A stretch of DNA of 64,000 nucleotides from an uncultured Gammaproteobacteria bacterium (GTDB taxonomy: Bacteria; Pseudomonadota; Gammaproteobacteria; Francisellales; CACEW01), in contig CACEWE010000003.1 of NCBI GenBank assembly GCA_902563055.1, positions 1,450-65,449 of the forward strand. Direction: 5' to 3'. Position 1 is the stretch's first letter; each line of letters starts with the position of its first letter. The notes under the pieces were generated by a model. It did not search any database. It worked only from the letters and a program-made list of their open reading frames with translations, and was not told where the DNA came from. This document shows positions 29,255 to 37,976 of the stretch, in pieces. The position numbers and the translations under genes were made by a program.

Positions 29255-29431
29255 CGGGTGTCTGTAGACCCGGGAAGTTCCTTTGCTTTTTCTCCTTCTG
29301 ATGAGATTCAATTCTCAACATCTCTGGATAATCCTCAAGGGCAAGGAAAGAAGCCTATATTTCAAGATAATTCAATTGTATCATCTATGTCTTGTTCCTC
29401 GTCTTCTTCAAGCGAACATGATTTTATGTAG
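29255..29431 (+). pseudogene. In-frame continuation after a TAG-TGA double stop; a diverged second copy of the preceding C-terminal module
   Basis: Same frame as 28274-29251. 58 open codons (SFAFSPSDEIQFSTSLD...SCSSSSSSEHDFM*) parallel SSAFSPPLSSPGSTQFQMDSS...SSTGSSSSERP. Confidence 0.45.
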
Positions 29432-29713
29432 CTATGAAACTTTTACTTTGCTGTGATCTTATCACATGTATGGATATAACCTTATAATTACTGTTTTTTA
29501 GTGTTTTTTTTTTGCTGAATTTTTCAAAATAGTGAATTGAAATATAAGAACCGGTTTTTACAGAGTGCTTGTTTCAACACAGTTAGTATAAATATGATGC
29601 AAAATAAATGTGATACTGCTTTAATTTGCGCAAATTTACTTTAAAATGTGTGATAGATATAGGGCATTGGTGTATAGTGCTTTTTTAGATGGATTACCTA
29701 TAAAGGAAAGAGG

Positions 29714-30748
29714 ATGTCAAACCGAATTAAAAATAAAGGCTACTTAAAACTTGTGCAAAATAAAAGAGCCTTGGTTCGTCAAAAAGTTAAAGGAATAAGA
29801 TTTTTATGGTCTCAATACAAAAGTAATATAAAGTCTAAAGAATACGTGGATAATGGTATTTTAAAACTTCTTCATAGTGCAAATGTGATGTCGCAAGTTT
29901 TAAGATTATTGCCCAATGATCATGTTCAACTTTTATCTCTTGCTGAAGAAAAAGTAGATATAGCCTTATGGCTCATGCTTTTTAAAATCAAAAGCGATAG
30001 TGTATCGATTCCTTTAACATGGATAGATGATGATTTTAAGCAACTGGTTCTTAACGCAGAAAGCCAGCTTTATCAGGCAAAAATTATAAAATTATTTCGT
30101 GGTGTATTGGCTGCGATAACAGATGAAAAATTTAAAGAAATTTTTCATCTGCCTCAGTTAGAACGTTTTCTTGAAACGATAAAAAAAACGAATGTTTCAG
30201 ATGAGAGTGAACAAGAAAAACATGAACTAATTGAGAAGCTAGCTAAAATTATTAGGGAAAAAGAACTCTTTGAGAAAACTGAAGTAGTTCCAGGTAATGT
30301 GCCAGAGGGTGAGAGTGACTTATCTAAGCTTTTAATACATCCACAGATTAATAGAATAAGCGAGAGTAGCTTCCAGCCTGAATCTTCTCCACAAATGCTA
30401 AGGCATGAAGAGGAGCAGGAGGATGAGGAGTGGACATTAGTAGAAGACGAAAATGACGATGATTACAAAGAGAAACAAGATGCTTTTGTGGGAATTATAG
30501 CAGAGCGATTGAGGATAGATAGAACGCTTCCTAATGGTGCTCAGCGCTCTTTTGCCCGGCCTATACCAGGAAGTCAGGGGGCCTTTAACGGAGATGAGGT
30601 GGGTGATTCGTTCGATACGGAGAGTTTTAATTCTACAAAAGGAACATGTAGCAGTAGTGGTACATTTGCATCTACTCTAAGTTCTCATGGATCATTAAGC
30701 TCTGAAGGTTCAGGTGAGGATGTGCAGTTTGGAATGTCTATTAGATAA
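29714..30748 (+). CDS. Helical N-terminal domain plus acidic/Ser-rich tail protein, member 4 of the island family
   Basis: 344 aa with RBS GGAAAGAGG. EEQEDEEWTLVEDENDDD (LIR-like), SQGAFNG, and the C-terminal GEDVQFGMSIR. Confidence 0.65.
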   Translation: MSNRIKNKGYLKLVQNKRALVRQKVKGIRFLWSQYKSNIKSKEYVDNGILKLLHSANVMSQVLRLLPNDHVQLLSLAEEKVDIALWLMLFKIKSDSVSIPLTWIDDDFKQLVLNAESQLYQAKIIKLFRGVLAAITDEKFKEIFHLPQLERFLETIKKTNVSDESEQEKHELIEKLAKIIREKELFEKTEVVPGNVPEGESDLSKLLIHPQINRISESSFQPESSPQMLRHEEEQEDEEWTLVEDENDDDYKEKQDAFVGIIAERLRIDRTLPNGAQRSFARPIPGSQGAFNGDEVGDSFDTESFNSTKGTCSSSGTFASTLSSHGSLSSEGSGEDVQFGMSIR

Positions 30749-31077
30749 TTATTTCAAAAAATCCTTTTAGTTGTATATCTTCTTTTATTTTTTCCTGGCT
30801 TGAGAGTCTTGTCTTTAATCTTTAAAGTAGTGTCAGTCTTCAGGCTATATTTAATGGTGTGCTTTGTTTTTGATTTACGCTCATGAAGTTTTCATTGTGC
30901 AAAATATTGATTCCTATTGTTGTTTTATTTTTAATAGCTTAATGCAAGCCAAAATGCTTGTATTATATGCTATCATATTGTTTTTATTTAAACCAAAAAT
31001 ATACTTTTTCTTGCTTTGAGTCTGTTAATTACGGTATGGTATATGGTAACAATCTAAACTTATAGTAAGGAAATGAT

Positions 31078-31458
31078 ATGGCACATGGAAGATCTGATGA
31101 GGCATCAAAAGAAGCTGTTGGGGGTGGCGTTGCTGGAGATAAAAGCGCAGTTGATAATGGGGCTCGAGCCCTTTTAATTACGCCGGTAAGGAACTTTCCT
31201 GCCTACTCTAGATTATCGCCTGCTCCTTTTACTGCAAGTCTACTAGATGGTGAGGGTGCAAGTCGACCAGATGGTGAGGGTGCAAGTCGACCAGATGGTG
31301 AGGGTGCAAGTCAGCCAGATGGTGATGTTGCAAGTGAAGATTTTGATAGTCAGCCTACTAACCCTAGTCAAGAACACCCGGATCATCAGAGGCTATGGGA
31401 CATGTCTATTGATGGTTCACAGAAATCTGATATAGTTTTAGAGTCACAATCACAATAA
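31078..31458 (+). CDS. Small acidic repeat protein, member 5 of the island family
   Basis: 126 aa with RBS AAGGA. DGEGASRP x3 repeat. LWDMSIDGS motif near the C-terminus. Confidence 0.6.
   Translation: MAHGRSDEASKEAVGGGVAGDKSAVDNGARALLITPVRNFPAYSRLSPAPFTASLLDGEGASRPDGEGASRPDGEGASQPDGDVASEDFDSQPTNPSQEHPDHQRLWDMSIDGSQKSDIVLESQSQ
31246..31341 (+). repeat. 24-bp tandem repeat: two perfect units, a third with two substitutions, then one degenerate unit, in frame
   Basis: gatggtgagggtgcaagtcgacca at 31246, 31270 and 31294 (the third with two substitutions), then a degenerate unit. Confidence 0.95.
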
Positions 31459-31600
31459 AAAATGTAATAAAATGAAACTATTTTTCTTGTCTTATATATT
31501 GTCAGCTTGGCTTGATTTTAAACGTGAACACTAGTTTTTCTTGTGTTACATTTTGTTTTTACGTATTATCTGGCAAATTTAACTTAGTATGGAGTAAGAA

Positions 31601-32125
31601 ATGCCTCTAAAGAAAACGATAACAACGAAAAGTAAGCCAATGAACATAGCTACTGCAAAAGATAGTGATCAAAGGTATCAAACCCCCGAGGCAAGATCTC
31701 AAGTAGCACCTAGTGCTCCAGAAAATTTGGAGTTGCCGCCACTTCATCCTGATGGTAAATCTTATAGAGAAGAACTTAAGCGTGAGCTAGCATATAGAAG
31801 GATACATCGAGTTGCAGCACAAGGCGGTAGTTTTGATCGCAAACTTCAGTTTAAGTTAGATGGTTTTTCAGATTCTAGTTCTTTTGGTTCTGAGTCTAGT
31901 TCATTAGGGAAAAGAAGTAGAGGTGGCAGTATAGGCAGTAGAGATAGTCTTGGTAGTAGAGATAGTCTTGGTGCTGCAAGCGATGAGCTGACTTCATCTT
32001 ATCCAGATACTTCTGATGATGAGTCCTGTGCAAAAAAAAAAAGATGTCCCGCAAACTTGCAATCTATTTTTAGTGGAGTATCTTTAGATGTAAATGATAG
32101 TGAGGGGTTTGGCCCAACACAATAA
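31601..32125 (+). CDS. Ser-rich low-complexity protein, member 6 of the island family
   Basis: 174 aa with RBS GGAG. QGGSFDRKLQFKLDGFSDSSS, GKRSRGGSIGS, SRDSLG x2, and an acidic tail TSDDES. Confidence 0.6.
   Translation: MPLKKTITTKSKPMNIATAKDSDQRYQTPEARSQVAPSAPENLELPPLHPDGKSYREELKRELAYRRIHRVAAQGGSFDRKLQFKLDGFSDSSSFGSESSSLGKRSRGGSIGSRDSLGSRDSLGAASDELTSSYPDTSDDESCAKKKRCPANLQSIFSGVSLDVNDSEGFGPTQ
31937..31972 (+). repeat. Perfect 18-bp tandem duplication (x2), in frame
   Basis: agtagagatagtcttggt occurs twice, encoding SRDSLG SRDSLG. Confidence 0.95.
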
Positions 32126-32378
32126 GATCGCAGCACTTTCTATACCTCTATCAAAAGTAGCAGTATATACGCGCTAAATGTATCAGAGAGCGCCTGAAAA
32201 CATTTGCATTTCTATTTTTAATACATTCTATTGCCTTAAAATTGTAACTTTTCATAAAGTTATGACCTTTCTGTGCATGAAAAATATGAGTGCTATAACG
32301 TGAAGTATAAAAAATACTTGCAATTCAGTAAATTGATATATATCATATTATATAGTTATTTTGACGTAGGTTGTTATT

Positions 32379-32870
32379 TTGAGTGGTTGTATAAGTCTAT
32401 TGAATGTACTTGAAAGCGTTAATGTGGCTGTTACTAGTAAAGGTCAGAAAGTTATTGATGTATTTAAAGAAAATGCGCAAGAGAGGGGCTTAGGTACGCT
32501 TGCTGCCGGGACGGCAGCTAAAAGTGCACTAAATTCATTAACACCATTTTTTTTTCATGAAATACAGAGGCTAGTTTCAACAAAAGAATTTATTAAACTT
32601 AAAGAAAAATACAATGCGCAGGTGGATTTAAGTGGCGATGCACTACAAGAAAGTAGGAAGGAATTGGCTCTTAAACATAATAGTGTTTTAAAACAATTAG
32701 AATCGCTTTTTATTTTTTCAAAAGAGTTTGTTAGTATTGTTGATGAAACATGGGAGAAATTTCCATATAACGATGCAGTAAGAAATATGTTTAAAGATTA
32801 CTTTGATTGTTTAAAAAATGAAACTCAAAAATTACAATTAGAGCAGCACAGTATGGATGCGTTTTTTTAG
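32379..32870 (+). CDS. Helical protein of unknown function (last clear gene of the island)
   Basis: 163-aa ORF with a TTG start and weak RBS. No recognisable motif. Confidence 0.45.
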   Translation: MSGCISLLNVLESVNVAVTSKGQKVIDVFKENAQERGLGTLAAGTAAKSALNSLTPFFFHEIQRLVSTKEFIKLKEKYNAQVDLSGDALQESRKELALKHNSVLKQLESLFIFSKEFVSIVDETWEKFPYNDAVRNMFKDYFDCLKNETQKLQLEQHSMDAFF

Positions 32871-33232
32871 CAATTGACTATCCAGGGGTGGAAAGTCATT
32901 TCATTAATATTCAATTTTTTTTGGCGATGCCTTATATTTGGTTATTATACTTTATATTTGCTTTAATATGAACCAATAGGGCTTGATCTTATTGTTTTGT
33001 AGACGGCTTTTATGTTATCTTGCTTACTTTTATTTTATCAGGAAAAATGATGCATGGATCAAAAAAAGTTACGGTTTCTCCTTCTGCAAATACGCAAGGT
33101 GAAAAGCAAAACCAAAATAAAAGTCAAAACGCACATACATTAAGCCAAGGGGCTGCATTAGCTATTGTCCCTGCTGTTGTCCTTCGTGGCTCAATTATTG
33201 AGCCGAGGAAAAAAAAAGCTGTTCCAAAGACT

Positions 33233-34423
33233 TCAGGGCTGGCTCCTACGACATAGTAATGAAAGCGCAAGCACAAGTATACTCATACCAAAGGCAAATA
33301 CTATAAGCGCTAAATGTATCGGATGAGAACCGGCAAATGGGCCAAGGTTAGCTGCTAGGCTGGCGCCAATAAAAGAAATGAACCCAAATAAAGCGCTTGC
33401 CGATCCAGCATTTTTTGAATTGGTACAGTCCAGTGCCAAAGCGCTGGCGGTTGCTCTAAGCAATCCTATTGCAATATAAATAAGATAAAGTGGCAGTATT
33501 ACACTTACAAGGCTTGGCTGGCTAAAATGGTTCCAGGTATAAAGCAAGACTGATCCAAGCATCATGAATAGACCTGCAATGGCTAAAAGGGTTTTTTGAG
33601 GAATAACTTTTATAATAGTTGCAATATTAAAACCGATGATTAAAAAAGCAGTTGCAACAATAATCATGATATATCCATATTCAAGCGCAGTGCATTTTAA
33701 AAAACCAATCAATAAATAGGGAGAGCAGGCTAAAAAAGTAAAGAGTGCGCTATAAGATAAGCAGCTTATAAGACAGTAGCGAAGGTATTGACTGTTGCTA
33801 AGCAAGTTCTTATAAGTAACAAAGAGCGGTTTTAGATTAAGTGCTTGGGTATTGGTTTGTAGCATAGATTCTTGGAAATTTGTTGTAATAATTAATAGAA
33901 AAAATAGCGATAAGCTAGCAATAATCATAAAGTCTAGTTGCCAAACCCCATAGTTTGCAACTATAGAGCCAATCATTGGAGCAGCTGCTGGCATAAAGCT
34001 TAAAAGGCCCAAATAGATCCCTAATACTTTTACTCTTGCCTCTTGTTGAAAACTATCACGAATGATTGCAAAGCCATTAATCAAAAGGCCACAGCAACCA
34101 ATCGATTGTAGGAGGCGTCCAAGTAGTAAAATTGAAAAATAGGGGCTGAAAACTATCAAGATAGACCCTGTAAAGACCAGCATTAAAGAAACGACTTGGG
34201 TTTTTTTACGACCAAAAAAGTCCGAGATTGGCCCAAAAATTAGTTGCATTACCGCAAGACCAAATAAAAAGATACTAATCATCCAAGTAACATGGTGAGT
34301 GTGATATGTGTGCGCGATGCTTTGTAGTGATGGGAGATAAATATCATTACATAAGGGTGTAATTCCATTGCAATATACCGCTAAAATAGCAATAAGAAAG
34401 GTGTTTCTTTTGTGAATAAACAT
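33233..34423 (-). CDS. MFS transporter (Bcr/CflA drug-efflux-like)
   Basis: 396 aa with a 12-TM profile. MFS loop motif GPISDFFGRKK. Confidence 0.8.
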   Translation of the reverse strand: MFIHKRNTFLIAILAVYCNGITPLCNDIYLPSLQSIAHTYHTHHVTWMISIFLFGLAVMQLIFGPISDFFGRKKTQVVSLMLVFTGSILIVFSPYFSILLLGRLLQSIGCCGLLINGFAIIRDSFQQEARVKVLGIYLGLLSFMPAAAPMIGSIVANYGVWQLDFMIIASLSLFFLLIITTNFQESMLQTNTQALNLKPLFVTYKNLLSNSQYLRYCLISCLSYSALFTFLACSPYLLIGFLKCTALEYGYIMIIVATAFLIIGFNIATIIKVIPQKTLLAIAGLFMMLGSVLLYTWNHFSQPSLVSVILPLYLIYIAIGLLRATASALALDCTNSKNAGSASALFGFISFIGASLAANLGPFAGSHPIHLALIVFAFGMSILVLALSLLCRRSQP

Positions 34424-34547
34424 ACATGTCTCCTGTTATGTTTCTTATATAGGTTTAAAATACCTGTGTAGTATACAGATTTTGTACAGGCTTGTCAAGT
34501 TTTAATTTTTCTTTATAATTACGGTTTGTTAATTTAAAGATAAACTT

Positions 34548-35099
34548 ATGGCCCGTTGTAATAAATCTAGCTATGCCTTATTGGCTTTTATCAGTCGTCG
34601 GCCTTTGTCTGGTTATGATATTAAGCAAATATTGGCTAAAACTTCATCCTGGTATTGGGCTGAGTCTAATGCGCAGATCTATCCCATTTTAAAAGCGATG
34701 GAAGAGGCCGGGTGTTTAACATCTAAGCTTTGTGCTGATAGTGGTAAGCGGGAACGTAGGGTCTATACCATCACTCCTCAAGGAATGGAAAAACTATTAC
34801 ATTGGTTGGCGCAGCCTGTGGAGTTTGCCACCTATCGCGAAGAAATTTTATTGAAAGTGTCTTTGGGCGAACACATGGGATTGGATACAATCTTGGGTCA
34901 TTTGCAAGCCTACCAGCTTGAAATGCAGCGTCAGGGGCAACTTTTAAAAGAAGTAAAAGAGCGTATTGCCCGCCATTACCAAGAGGTAAAAACCTACGAT
35001 TATATGATGCTTACCCATGAATATGGTGCTAAGATCAATGAGGCTAAGCAAAAATGGGCAGCCCATGCTATTAAGATTGTCAAAGAGAAAAAATCCTAG
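34548..35099 (+). CDS. PadR-family transcriptional regulator
   Basis: 183 aa. Winged-helix region LSGYDIKQIL...WYWAESNAQIYPILKAMEEAG. Divergent from the MFS gene. Confidence 0.8.
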   Translation: MARCNKSSYALLAFISRRPLSGYDIKQILAKTSSWYWAESNAQIYPILKAMEEAGCLTSKLCADSGKRERRVYTITPQGMEKLLHWLAQPVEFATYREEILLKVSLGEHMGLDTILGHLQAYQLEMQRQGQLLKEVKERIARHYQEVKTYDYMMLTHEYGAKINEAKQKWAAHAIKIVKEKKS

Positions 35100-35100
35100 T

Positions 35101-36147
35101 TTACTGTGTTTTGGTGACTTTTTTAAGATTTTGTGGTTGGTCGGGATTACAATTTCTCGCAAGTGAGAGTTTATTGGCCATAGTATAAAATGCAGTAATA
35201 TTTGCTAATGGCTCAAGCATCGGATGTGCGGCTTCGCTAATAGGCAGAATGTGCTTGGTATAGGGCGCAAAGTGTTTTTGTGTTTGGCTGTGGGCGCTAA
35301 TGAGTAAATGGGCGCCAAGTTCTTTAAGATGTGCTGCAAGTTTTATGTTTTGCTCAAAGGTAGCATCTTGTTGTGGCATGAGCAATATAGGATATTCAGG
35401 TTTAACTAAGGCTACGGGGCCGTGTAGTATTTCTGCGCTACTAAAAGCCTCAGCATGTAAGGTGGCGGTTTCTTTGAGTTTAAGTGCTGCTTCTTGAGCA
35501 ATGGGGTAGCCCAGGCCGCGCCCAACAATCATGGCGCTTTGTGCTGGAGATAAAATATCTATCGCACTTTGCCAATTATGATTTAGGTTGGATTCTAGGT
35601 TTTCAGGGAGCGTTTTAAGTGCATCAAGCAGTTGGTTATCTTTGGTATAATGGCCGCAAAAATGGAGCATGGCCACTAAGCTTGCAATATAACTTTTAGT
35701 TGCGGCAACGGCTTTTTCTGCACCAGCGCATAGATCTATGGCATATTCGGCAATGTGTGCCAAAGGTGCATCCATATCATTGACCAAGGCAAGGGTGATG
35801 GCGCCATGGTTTTTGGCGTATTCTAATGCCTGGCAGATATCAGGACTTTTGCCAGATTGAGAAATGGCAATAACTAGGGCATTATCAAGCTTAGGTTTGG
35901 CATCGTATAGCGTCCACACAGATGGTGCAGCAGAGGCGCAAATCATTTTGCAGCTTGTTTCTATGAGGTACCTGCCAAAATTGGCCGCATGATCCGAGCT
36001 TCCCCTGGCAATGGTCAGGGCAAAGGCCGGCTGCTTTTCTTTTATAGTTTGAGTAATCTTTTGCCATAGCGCATCATTATGTTGAAGTTGTTTAGCGATC
36101 ACACTTGGGCTTTGACGTGTTTCTTGTTCCATTAAGGTTACGGACAT
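35101..36147 (-). CDS. SIS-domain sugar-phosphate isomerase/deaminase (GlmS C-terminal-like, NagB-II/AgaS-type)
   Basis: 348 aa with two SIS repeats (ARGSSDHAA..., ISQSGKSPD). Confidence 0.7.
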   Translation of the reverse strand: MSVTLMEQETRQSPSVIAKQLQHNDALWQKITQTIKEKQPAFALTIARGSSDHAANFGRYLIETSCKMICASAAPSVWTLYDAKPKLDNALVIAISQSGKSPDICQALEYAKNHGAITLALVNDMDAPLAHIAEYAIDLCAGAEKAVAATKSYIASLVAMLHFCGHYTKDNQLLDALKTLPENLESNLNHNWQSAIDILSPAQSAMIVGRGLGYPIAQEAALKLKETATLHAEAFSSAEILHGPVALVKPEYPILLMPQQDATFEQNIKLAAHLKELGAHLLISAHSQTQKHFAPYTKHILPISEAAHPMLEPLANITAFYTMANKLSLARNCNPDQPQNLKKVTKTQ

Positions 36148-36158
36148 GAGGATTCCTT

Positions 36159-37046
36159 TTATAATTGGTTTTGCAGATACATTAATGCTCCTTTTGCAGC
36201 GCCAAATTGACGTGCCACAATTCTTTCCTGAGTTGCATCACTAGTACGCGTTTGAATAATGGGTGCTAAACCGCCCAATAAAACCAGCGGGAGCGCTTGG
36301 GAATTAGGTGCTTGTTGTTTTAGCAAAGCTTGGCTGATTAAGTCGATATAATGTGCGGATTTATTCAAAAGATCATTGGCTAGCACATCGTTCTCTTTGG
36401 CGCATTGGACTACTAGAGGTGCTAATTCACCAAAATCTGCCGGTGCCGCGCGATTAGCCCAGTGTACCATATGGTTAAAATCTTGATTAAAATGCTTAAA
36501 AATATGTGCGCTGAGGATGCTTGGTGCAATGCGGCCATCTATGGCACGAAGGCTTGCTCGCATTGCTTCCATTCCAAGCCAGGCACCACCGCCTTCATCG
36601 CTGTGCGGAAAGCCCCAGCCGGCGACTTGATGTTGTTTTTGGCCCTGGCATAAAAAACCATTGGTGCCTGTGCCAACAATAATAATGGCGCCATCTTGGC
36701 CATTATGGGTGCCAATGCAGGCTGCATACGCATCGGAAATAAGGGTGATTTTAGCAAAGCGCTGTGCGCTTTTATGATTAAGAAAATGGTTTCTTGCGCT
36801 TTCAAGTTCGACGCCCGCAAGGCCAAGGCCCAAATAAAGTGGTATGCTTGCAGTTATGTTGGCAGATTCAAGCATGGTGGCAACGCCGGTATTAATAGAT
36901 TCCCAGGCTTGTTCGATATTGGTGCTGATATTGCTTGGTCCACAGATGGTTTCGGCTAAACATTGGCCCTTTGCATCTTCAAGACGCATTTTGGTTTTGG
37001 TGCCTCCGCCATCTGCGCCAATAAATAAACTGCTTGATTTGATCAT
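36159..37046 (-). CDS. BadF/BadG/BcrA/BcrD-type ATPase, probable N-acetylglucosamine/glucosamine kinase
   Basis: 295 aa. N-terminal GADGGGTKT and IIVGTGTNG phosphate-binding motifs. Confidence 0.7.
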   Translation of the reverse strand: MIKSSSLFIGADGGGTKTKMRLEDAKGQCLAETICGPSNISTNIEQAWESINTGVATMLESANITASIPLYLGLGLAGVELESARNHFLNHKSAQRFAKITLISDAYAACIGTHNGQDGAIIIVGTGTNGFLCQGQKQHQVAGWGFPHSDEGGGAWLGMEAMRASLRAIDGRIAPSILSAHIFKHFNQDFNHMVHWANRAAPADFGELAPLVVQCAKENDVLANDLLNKSAHYIDLISQALLKQQAPNSQALPLVLLGGLAPIIQTRTSDATQERIVARQFGAAKGALMYLQNQL

Positions 37047-37344
37047 TTATTATCCCTATTCATTTAGGAGTGATTTTATAAATAAGTTTGAGAGTAGTGT
37101 AGCTTTTTTATACTCTTTGTTTCAAGCTGTGTATCTTATGCTTTGCTGATTGCATCATTAGATTATAAATCATAAAAATAAAGGAAGAATCAAGCGGTAA
37201 GAATATCTTTTTTTTACAAAGGAAGCTTTTTATCCTTGTATGGCAGGAATAAGCAGAAAAAGGTTTTTTTGACGGTGATTTTGCTAGACAGTAAAGGTTT
37301 TTTTTTGTACGCTTTGTGTACTTGATTAAAAAGAGGAAAACACA

Positions 37345-37965
37345 ATGCCAGCAAAGACCATTACATTATTGCAACAAAAGGGTGGCTCAGGCAAAACCAC
37401 CACTTCTGTAAACTTAGCCGGTGGCTTAAGTGAGCTTGGTTACAAGGTGGTCATTGCCGATATGGACAAAGACAAGCCTGATGCGTGGTCTTGGGCAATG
37501 AAATCTGACAAGCTCAAAGATATGGCTATTCAAGTTAACGAAAAACAAGCGCGTGAGGTTATCACTGGTCTCAAGGACCAATACGATTACATTATTGTTG
37601 ATACACCGCCAAATTTTCAGACCGCAGCTTTAAAAGCAGCATTGTTAGCAGATTTAGTGGTAATACCAACTGCGCCAAGTGGTATGGATTTATCGGGTTT
37701 AATGGAAGCTAAAGAATTGGCATTAACTGCGGGTCGGCCCTATCGCTTATTGGCCAATCGTATTGCAAAAAATACCGTTATGAGCCGCTCTTTGCTTGAT
37801 GTCTTAAGAGATGGTGGGGATGCTTTTGAAATTGCCATTCCACAAAGCGTAAAATTTGTTGAGGCTGAGAGTGAGGGGCTTTACATTGGTGAGTATGCAC
37901 CCCAGTGTCCAGCGCATCATCATACTCAAGCGCTCGCAAAAGAAATCGTAGCATTTTTTCAATAA
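37345..37965 (+). CDS. parA: Small ParA-family partition ATPase (type Ib-like, 206 aa)
   Basis: Deviant Walker A QQKGGSGKTTT and IIVDTPP. Short length, with no N-terminal extension. Confidence 0.8.
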   Translation: MPAKTITLLQQKGGSGKTTTSVNLAGGLSELGYKVVIADMDKDKPDAWSWAMKSDKLKDMAIQVNEKQAREVITGLKDQYDYIIVDTPPNFQTAALKAALLADLVVIPTAPSGMDLSGLMEAKELALTAGRPYRLLANRIAKNTVMSRSLLDVLRDGGDAFEIAIPQSVKFVEAESEGLYIGEYAPQCPAHHHTQALAKEIVAFFQ

Positions 37966-37976
37966 GGAAAACAAGC

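Noticed and set aside
31246-31341. Possible CRISPR-like array or non-coding satellite
   Set aside because: The units are directly adjacent with no spacers. They are multiples of 3 bp and in frame within an ORF. The alternative-frame ORF at 31247-31435 is an artefact of the repeat.
33020-33256. 78-aa Lys/Gln-rich ORF at the right edge of the island
   Set aside because: It is short, has an ambiguous start (TTG, or ATG at 33047) and no RBS I trust, and its end overlaps the convergent MFS gene. It could be a real small disordered protein but is not supportable from sequence alone.
36462-37149. Cluster of five ORFs (63-101 aa) overlapping the sugar-kinase gene on both strands
   Set aside because: The kinase frame has clear ATPase motifs. 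The others are GC-skew shadow frames without starts or RBS support.
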